Assembly: GCA_964019335.1 (NCBI GenBank)
Contig: OZ025719.1
Location: forward strand, 248,001 to 312,000
Reading direction: 5' to 3'
DNA length: 64,000 nucleotides
DNA from: Diplonema japonicum
Lineage: Eukaryota; Protista; Euglenozoa: Diplonemea
The translations under genes were made by a program, and so were the position numbers. Each line of letters starts with the position of its first letter. Position 1 is the first letter of the stretch. Of this stretch, positions 55,882 through 64,000 are shown piece by piece. The notes beneath the pieces are model-generated. The model had not been told where the DNA came from and ran no database searches. It was given only the letters and a program-made list of their open reading frames with translations.

Positions 55882-58800
55882 ATGTTCCGGGGGATAAACC
55901 AACTAACTAACCTAGCTGAGCTAGCCACTGACTCGGTCCAGTCGGCGCTGAACAAGGCAGCTGGGCTAGATGAGAATGGGGTGCAGCAGGATGCGAATGG
56001 GTGGGGTGACTCGGATTTAGACGACGAGCTTAGCGAAGGAAATGATGACATGGCTGAGGAACAAAGGCGAGTAAGGGAGCGAGTGGGGACTCCAGTGGAC
56101 GACGCGCCCCCTCCACCTGAGGGGGTGAGCATGGAGGAGTACGAGACAATCCGGGTGCAGGCGTCCCAAACCGATGCTCTGAAGATAGAATTACACCGCA
56201 CGCTTGACGAGCTGAAGCAAGCAAAGGAAGCCAACAAAACGAATGCGCACTTTGAGGAGCAGGCCATGGAAGCCCACAAGATGTCCTCTCGGCTTGCAGA
56301 GGAGATCGAGACGATCAAAGAAGATCACACAGAAGCGCTTGAGAAGTTGCAGGCCCAGTACGAGAACACCCTCCAAGAAGCTCGTGACGAGACGGAAGTT
56401 CTGAAACAGCAAACTGCACAGCTGCAGGCGGATACCACCGGTGCGTCTGCAAAGGATGAAGAACAGCAAGCAGCCCTGCGGGAACAGCTTGCATCCCTTA
56501 CTGAGAAGGTCGAGACATTGGAACTCGAGAAGCAAGCGCACGAAGAGACGCTCGGCAACCTCAAACAACTTGAGGATGCCAATGAGCACCTGAAATCAGA
56601 GCTTGCGTCTTACAAGGAAGACGGAGCGAATGTAAGTAACGAACTGCAGAAAACGCACAAAGAAAAGACAGAGCTGCAAGACAGGCTGGACAGGAGCGAT
56701 GCGATCCACGCTTCGTTAACAACTCAGCTGCGAGAGGTGCGTCTGGGGACTGCGGAGAACGCAAACAGAGAGGCAGAGATGCACTCCACAGTCAACAGGC
56801 TGCAGCAAGAACTCCGAAGCAGCACCGACAACAACAACACCTTCTCAGCCCGCATCCAGGAGCTCGAAGCAGCTCTTGAGGAGCGGACCGCTTCTCTCAC
56901 CTCCACTGAGGCCAGCAACGCTGCCCTTGGCTCCGAGCTGACTGCGATGAAAACATCCGTGGAAAGGCTCGAGGCCACCAACGCATCCCTCACCACACAG
57001 TTCCAGTCCGAAGAGGACGCAGGTGACGAGTCCGCTGCTTGCAAGCTCGCACGACTGGAGGGGTCTCTCGCTGAAGTCCAAGCCGACTTGAAGAACAAAG
57101 ACCTGGAACTCACAGAAGCCCAGGAATCGCTCACTAATGCACAAGCCGACCTCAAATTGAAGGACGAGCAACTTGCAGAAACCCAGGCAACCCTTGCAGA
57201 CGCAGCCAAGACTCGTGAAGAATCGGAGCAGAATCACACCCAAGAAATGGACAGGCTGCAACAACAACTTAGAGAGCAAGTGGAAGAGGCTTCATCTTTA
57301 AAAAACAAGATAGAGACGTCAGAAACCGCACAAGTCCAGGCGACAGAAGAGATAGAGCAGCTCAGGGCACTGCTCCAAGAGACAGAGGGAGCTGAGGTAA
57401 AAAGGCTAGAAGAAGCGACACGAAAGGAGGAAGAAATGCGAGAAGAGTTAAAAAAGCTGGAAGAAATAGTGCGGGAAAAGGAAGAGGAGGTGAGGTCAAT
57501 GGAGGAAAGGGAAAAGTCTGGAGGAGAGGAAGACACTGCGACGTGTGAAGCGCTCCGGAAGGAAGTAGACATATTGAACAACAGCTACGCACAGCTCTCC
57601 GAAGAGCGAGACACCCTTGTGACGCAGCTGGAGAGCGACAAGGTATGAAGCACCTGTTTACATCAACATCCATCTGCACAGCAAGCGTATGACGAGGAAA
57701 TAGCAGCACTCACTGACCAGATAGATGCACGAGAAAAGGTACACCTTCTTCGTAAAACACCATCGCACAGGAAACGCTAACGCTGCAGGAGCAGCTCAGC
57801 AGGACAAAGACACAACTCGACGACAAGTCCGACACATGTAATGAGCAACGCAAGTCTCTTCAACAACTACAGACGGAGCTCTCTAACCACCAAGCTCAGC
57901 TTAAGCAGGTAAGTAGTACACCACAACCATAAGTAATATCCATACATAGGTCACCACCGCCGACTCCAACAAAGAAATGGAAATATCCACTTTGCGAGAA
58001 AACCTGGAAAGCCTGAAGGAAGAATTCTCCCGCAGCCTGGCCAAGGAAGAGAAAAGGGTGAAATCTCTCAGAAAAGACAGAGACGAGCTCAAGGCAAAGG
58101 CAGAAGACCTTTCGAGCGCTGCATCGAAGAAGGAAGTGCTTCTGAGCAGCCAGCAAGGGTACGGCGATAAGCTAAAAGAAGAAGCAGAAGAACTGGCGCT
58201 GAGCTTGGGGAAGGAAAAAGAACGCACGAGAGCATTGGTGAAGGAGAAGAAAACAATAGAAGAAGGTATGGCCCGGATCAAGGAAACAACACATCGACAC
58301 CAGAATATGAATCCACGAAGACCATGCTGAATCAATACGTAGTTAAGGCACGGCAGTGGCAGGACCTTAAAGTAGTCTACGAGACACGCGAGGCGGAGCT
58401 CACAGAGTCTTTGGAACAGGGGGAGAAACGAGCGAACGATGCCACACGGGAGTGCAACGAGCTGCGTGCACGTCTTGCGGAACGAGAGCAAGAGGTATAA
58501 CAACAACACACCAACCTCACTCCACAAAGGTCGCCGCGGTGACTACTGAGCTATCGTCGAAAGAGAAACTGCTTGAGTCCGACGCTTTGGAGAGGGCAGA
58601 GGAACTGTCCAGTGAGCGAAAGGAGATGGAAGAGGAGATGGCCATGCTGCGGCTTGATATGAACAACACGATGCTTGAGGTGGACAAGATGCTCCGTTCG
58701 AAAACTGCTGAGGTAGCCGACTTCACCAGACGGGCACACATCGCGGAAGAAAAGGTCGCCACGCTCGCCGACCAGGTCCCCGAGGCCACGCGTCCTTTGC

Positions 58801-59653
58801 TGCAACAAATCGACGAACTGGAGTCCTCGATGGAACCCCTCAACGCACAGTTGAAAGACATGGAAAAGAAGTACACACTCGCCATCGCCGAACTGGAGGT
58901 GCTGCGAGCCGAAAACAAAAACAAAGAAGAAAGCCTGAAGCAGAACCAGAAAACCATCATCGGGTTGAAGAATGTGCACCAAAAAGCCACCCACGAGACT
59001 AAAGTCGAGATGGAAGCGAAAATCACAAAACTCGCTGCAGAGGCCGCGGAGAAGCTTGAAGAGGTGGAGCGGTTGAGCGTGATAGTAAGCCAGCAGAAGG
59101 CTCTTCTAGCTGACGCCACACGGGAGGGAACCAGAATGAAAGCCGAGATGAAAGAACTGACTGCAAAGGCTAGTTGTGGATCACCCGCTGTCAGCATTGC
59201 TGTTGTGGAGGCTGCCCCTGTACCTGTACCTGTTTCTGTTCCTGTTCCCTCTCCGGTGGCGGAAGAACCCCCTTCACCTGTCATCTACCCGGAGTCCACT
59301 CCCGACAAATTGCAGCACCTCCAGGAAGAGTTACACAGATACGTTCTTGAAAACAACGAGCTTAAAAAAGCATCCGAAAACTACACCGCTATGCAGGTTT
59401 GTTTTGAAGTCTTTTGAAAAATAAATAAATACATAGACACGCCTAAAGTCCCTTTCACGCAAGCATGAAGCCATGCTGCAGCTCTATGGTGAGAAGGACG
59501 AGGAGTGCAATGTGGTGAAACAGAAATTCGAAAAGGTTTGTATTTGCAATTTTCAAAGGAGCGGGGGAAACAAAAAAAATTATATGGCAGGCCGAACAGC
59601 ATTTCAAGCAGCAACTTGACTTTTTTATCGATAAGCTGAAAAACGTGAAGTAG
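55882..59653 (+). CDS. TMF1: TMF1/Sgm1-like golgin; introns 57643-57681, 57739-57770, 57909-57949, 58266-58303, 58495-58529, 59397-59436, 59536-59590
   Basis: Long coiled coil with VPEATRPLLQQIDEL and a spliced C-terminal HEAMLQLYGEKDEE..FKQQL motif. Seven GT-AG introns keep a single frame. Confidence 0.82.
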
Positions 59654-60421
59654 GGAACCGAAAAAAAAAAAAAGAAAAGGGGAAGAGAAAAAAAAAAGGA
59701 TATGGCTAGTGTGTGTTTCCCCCCGGCCCCTCTCATATCCCTAAAAGCAATGTTAGTAAGAACTTACCGCAATTAGAGGCTAGAGCTGGGTTGGTTTCAC
59801 TGTTCCTTGCAAGCTTGGGATCGTTGGGACCAGCCAGTAAATCGTAAATAGCCTTTGAACTTAGCTTTCCGTACACCTTTAGAGATGTGAGGGGAGGGGG
59901 AGTCTTTTTTTTCTTTTTGTTGTTGTTCCCTTCTTGCATGGCTTTATCTTTAAAAAAGTTTTTTTTGTTTTACCCTTTTTTTTGTTCTTTTCCCCTTTCC
60001 CCACTGCCTTAAGATTTCTTCCCCCCTGTAGCGTGCCCCTGCATCTGCGATCTGCCGTTCCACTTCTGGGAGCCGCTCCCTAAGTCACATCCCAGCGTCT
60101 TCCTGCAGGAGCCCCTTTTCGAAGACGTCTTGGAATAGGCTGGCATATGGAAAAAAGTGCCTTACTTCCCTGGACCCCCTGGATGTCTAAGCCGTTTGGA
60201 ACACAAGATCCTTCATGGGCGGCCACTGCCGCTTCGGATTTGAAACTTGTTGCACATGAATGATGGAAAATCTCATACTTCGCATATCCAGCACCCGTTC
60301 GCGTCCTTCAAAAGAACTTCCCGCCCCCCATGATATTTCCACCATGGCAGCGTGCTCAGACAACCCTTTGTTTCCCTTGCAAAATAAAAAAAGTGGTGGG
60401 GACAAACCAATATCAAACGAT

Positions 60422-62272
60422 ATGTCGGGGGGTGAGGGGGCGAAGACGCCCCCCCTAGAGGACATGCTCGTTGCAGGGGACTGGAAGTCGGAGCTAGAGA
60501 AGGAAAATCGGAACGAGATGGAGAATAAATGGGGGTTCAGCACGGAAGAGCTGGAGGCAACCTTGAAGGTGGTGGGGAAGCTGAGAATGGACCCGGAGGT
60601 GTTCCTAAAGGACCAGGTCCTGAAAACAACAGGACTGTGGAGGTGGATCAACCGCCCGCCTGAGCTACGAAACAAATCAAAACTAGTCAACAAAGAGCTT
60701 TGTAAGTCGGTAAGAACACAGAAGAGGAAGCTAATGAAAGAGGAAGACAAGAGAAAGCTCGCAAAGACTGAAATGCGGATTGCACGGGACGAGGCGCTCG
60801 AACGTCTGCTGACCATTGACACGGACCAGCAGCGTGCCCTTCTCATTGAAAACGAAAAGGGCTGCGCCCTACAGATCACAGGCTCTGCCACAGAGCAAGC
60901 CCTTATCAACGCCGCGAACAATGCTGAGACTGCTGACTCCGCAACCTTGATCCCAGCCGTCGGCACTGCCCCTGCTGATGACAAAGAGTCCCCGGGCGAA
61001 CTCAACTCATCCCGCAAATGCCACATCTGCAAGGAGTCCTTCATCGAGCTGCACCACTTCTACTATGCCTTGTGCCAGAAGTGCGGCACCTTCAACTACG
61101 GGAAGCGCATCCAAACTAGGGACCTCACAGGGAAGGTGGTTCTTCTCACCGGTTCCCGGATCAAGATCGGGTACCAGATCGCCCTCCGGCTTTTGAAAGA
61201 CGGCGCCATTCTATTCGCCACCACGAGGTTTCCCAACGTATGAGTTTTAAAAGAAGAACAAAGAAAGCCATTCCCCACAGGATGCCATCAAGAGGTTTGA
61301 ACAAGAGGAGGACTTCAACGAATGGAAGGACAGGCTGCACCTCCACGCGCTGGATTTGAGGGATCTGTGGTCGGTGAAGCAATTCTGCAGGTTTTCGAGA
61401 TAAAAAAAAAAAAAAAAAAAAAGAAGAATATCCATTTCCATAACACCAGGTACATGCTTGCCAATGTGAAGTCGTTGTTTGCGATTGTGCACAATGCTGC
61501 GCAGACGATCGCTAGGCCGCCGAATTATTTTAAGAAGCTTGTTGAGGGCGAGGCGCAGGGTGCGACACAGCACAACCTCATCGCACCGGTGTGGGGGGAG
61601 TTCGTCCAGCAGGGCAAATCGGCGTATCAAATCGGTGTTCAGAAAATGCTGGAGAACAAGGAAACAAGCGAGGAACAGAAGCCCGAGGCTAACGCAACGA
61701 TCATCACAGACAAGGGGAGCGCAGATGTGAGCGTCTCGAAGCCCTTCTACGATATGTACGACAGCATGCAAGAGTCCTCAGACAGGAGGACAAAGAACTC
61801 CTGGACGAGCAATCTGAACGAGGTGACCGCTGAGGAAGCAGCAGAGGTTCACCTGATCAACGCACTTTCACCTTTCATCATCAACTCGTCACTGAAGCCC
61901 ATCTTGGAAGCCCGCCCTGATGAAGCCCCCAAAGAAAAACATTTCGTCATCAATGTGTCCGCGATGGAGGGGCAGTTCTACAGGTTCAAGTCAACAACAC
62001 ACCCCCACACCAACATGGCGAAGGCGTCTCTCAACATGATGACCCGTACGTCTGGGAGGGACTATGCTGGGGCTGGTATCTACATGAACTCAGTCGACAC
62101 CGGTTGGATTACCGATGAGTCGCCTTATGACAAGCAGCAGCGCCGTCTCGCATCGGGCTCCCTCTGCCCTTTGGACGAGATCGACGCCGCCGCCCGTGTC
62201 TTGGATTTGGTTTACATTGACAGCTCGGAGCACTCTAAATTCTGGAAAGACTACCACACCATTCCTTGGTGA
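60422..62272 (+). CDS. SDR oxidoreductase with N-terminal CxxC...CxxC extension; introns 61238-61280 and 61391-61449
   Basis: CHICK..HHFYYALCQKC, LLTGSRIKIG, TTRFP, NVSAMEGQF, HPHTNMAKASLNMMTRT, MNSVDTGWITDE. Confidence 0.88.
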
Positions 62273-62573
62273 TTTTCTTTTTTTTTTTTTCTTTTTTTTT
62301 ACTTATCATTTTTTTTTGTGTCCCCCCAACCCAGAGGATTTTTTTTTTTACCCATAATTACCCTTTGTGTGCATTTTTGCGCCTCCTCCCCTATCCTTGC
62401 CCACATTTGTTATTGAAGGGGAGGCCGTGTCGACAAAGATTTTCAAAGGGGTTTTCTTTTTTTTTCCTCCCTACCCAATTGAAACCCCCTTTATTGTTCT
62501 CCTCCCCCCCCCCCCCCTTTTTCTTTTTCCGACCTCGTATATTAAAGCAGGGGGGGAGGAAAACAAAAAGAAA

Positions 62574-63368
62574 ATGGAGGGCATGAAAAGCCAGGAAGAG
62601 ATCTGGAGGCTCTTTGTGAGCGCGGTGAGGCATTCTGGGCTGACGGAACGCGATCTTGTCAACGTGTCCGAAGGAACACTGAAGGCGCTGGCAGGGCATG
62701 CGGGCTTCGCGGCCAACCCAGTTGACATGGCAAGAATAGAAGTACAATGGAGATACCTAAGAGACACAGGATTGCTAATGGGTTCCTCGGTGTACAGTAA
62801 GAGCCCGGCAAGAAGTATAAGAAGTGTTGAAAGAAGCAGAAGCCGTAGCAGAAGCCCACTGCCAGCAGGGGGGAATCCCGAGGAGTTCGTGGTACCTAAG
62901 GCGAAGGTTAAGCCTGGGTTTAGCACGAGAAAGCCTTTAGGGGATCGAAGGCCGATAAGAGGGATCACTCCTGAACCAGGAGAAGATCGTGGGAGGAGAG
63001 AGCTAGCTTCGTCAAGGTTCTCCCCTCATGACTCACCACTGCCGCCTTATCACTGCGGTAAGTCCACTGCAGTGCCTGTCACACCCCCTCGATTAACGGT
63101 GAAGCCTGCTCCTAACACCTTTGACCGAACCATGACCAACCATCTCCATCGGTCAGTGTCTTCTGATTTCCCTGCGAGAAAAAGCCGTGCTTCCTCGTAC
63201 TCCCCTCAAAGGAGGGAGCCCGTTCCATCTTCCAGGGCCCGATCGCCCAACCATGTCCACAACTTTTCGTCAAGTATCCTGAGCCCCCCAGAGGCCCCTC
63301 ATAAGAACACCAGGAGAATGGCTTATCTCTCCAAGGCTACGCAGTCTAGCTTGACCACCTTGCGGTAG
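62574..63368 (+). CDS. Hypothetical protein with helical N-domain and Ser/Arg/Pro-rich tail
   Basis: ATG after an A-run, 264 aa, followed by poly-T. Confidence 0.7.
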   Translation: MEGMKSQEEIWRLFVSAVRHSGLTERDLVNVSEGTLKALAGHAGFAANPVDMARIEVQWRYLRDTGLLMGSSVYSKSPARSIRSVERSRSRSRSPLPAGGNPEEFVVPKAKVKPGFSTRKPLGDRRPIRGITPEPGEDRGRRELASSRFSPHDSPLPPYHCGKSTAVPVTPPRLTVKPAPNTFDRTMTNHLHRSVSSDFPARKSRASSYSPQRREPVPSSRARSPNHVHNFSSSILSPPEAPHKNTRRMAYLSKATQSSLTTLR

Positions 63369-63793
63369 TTTTTTTTTTTTTTTTTCTTTTTCTTTTTTTT
63401 TTTTTTTTTTCACCTCCCCTTTGTATTGTACCTTTTTTTTTTTTTTTTTTTTTTTTTCCTTTTAAAATAAGTCCTTTTACCCCTCTCATTCTGTGTTATC
63501 TATTCCCTTTTAGTTTTTTAGTTTTTTCCTTTCATTCTTTTCTATGTTTCAACAATTGAAAAAAAAAAAAAACAAAAACAAAAAAAAAAAAAAACAGGTT
63601 GGAGGGGGGAAGGGGGGGGTTTCAGAAAGAAAAAAAAAAAAGAAACCCTAATTGACATTGTTTTGTACTAAAAAAAAAAAAAAAAAAGAAAAAGAAGAAA
63701 AAAAACAATCACATACAACCCCCCCCCCCCCCCCCCCCCCCCAACATAACCCCCCATTTTTTCCCCTCTTGAATTAAACTCGAGGGGAAGGGA

Positions 63794-64000
63794 ATGGGCC
63801 ACGATGGCGAGTTAGTAGTAGGCTGGAAGGCTGAGGCCAACTGGTGGAGATTTAAGAAGAACACGGAGATGAGCCGCACAGGTAGGGTGGTTGCAAACCA
63901 ATGGGAGAACAAAGTGAGGGGCAAGCACCAACCGAGACCAAGAAGCGGGCACACCATCGCAGTCCTACAAAACAAAGGACTAGCTGTGATGTTTGGAGGG
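63794..64000 (+). CDS. Kelch-repeat protein (5' part, runs off the window)
   Basis: Open frame MGHDGELV...PRPRSGHTIAVLQNKGLAVMFGG. Confidence 0.75.
   Translation, partial: MGHDGELVVGWKAEANWWRFKKNTEMSRTGRVVANQWENKVRGKHQPRPRSGHTIAVLQNKGLAVMFGG

Noticed and set aside
59700-60400. GC-richer non-homopolymer tract upstream of the SDR gene as an ncRNA or pseudogene
   Set aside because: No recognisable motif, structure or second copy found.

Overview
Eukaryotic protist DNA, most likely euglenozoan and diplonemid-like (inferred). About 25 protein genes all lie on the + strand, forming a directional, probably polycistronic cluster. Many carry very short (32-85 nt) GT-AG cis-introns, and the intergenic DNA is rich in homopolymers. 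Genes: three paralogous mucin-like type I membrane proteins plus a shorter relative, an HSD17B10-like SDR, MLH1, Maf (cut by a 200-N gap), a possible DUF3480-like protein, a bacterial-type ACT-domain malic enzyme, RPC5, a divergent eIF4E, an EF-hand/NEK kinase, RRP36, a PPR-like protein, WW and EF-hand/coiled-coil proteins, three tandem secreted GH18-like proteins, TMF1 golgin, a Zn-finger SDR and the start of a Kelch protein. The most notable feature is a class of non-coding mobile elements built as long terminal hairpin + asymmetric inverted repeats + iterated motifs, with no evident target-site duplication. One 744-bp family is present twice (12023-12766, 24080-24823), and its 25-nt hairpin tip is exactly inverted between copies (flip/flop). 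A second family with a different sequence but the same architecture (37163-38231) sits in a kinase intron and carries two convergent tRNA-like Pol III units. All protein family calls come from motif recognition by eye, not from database searches.
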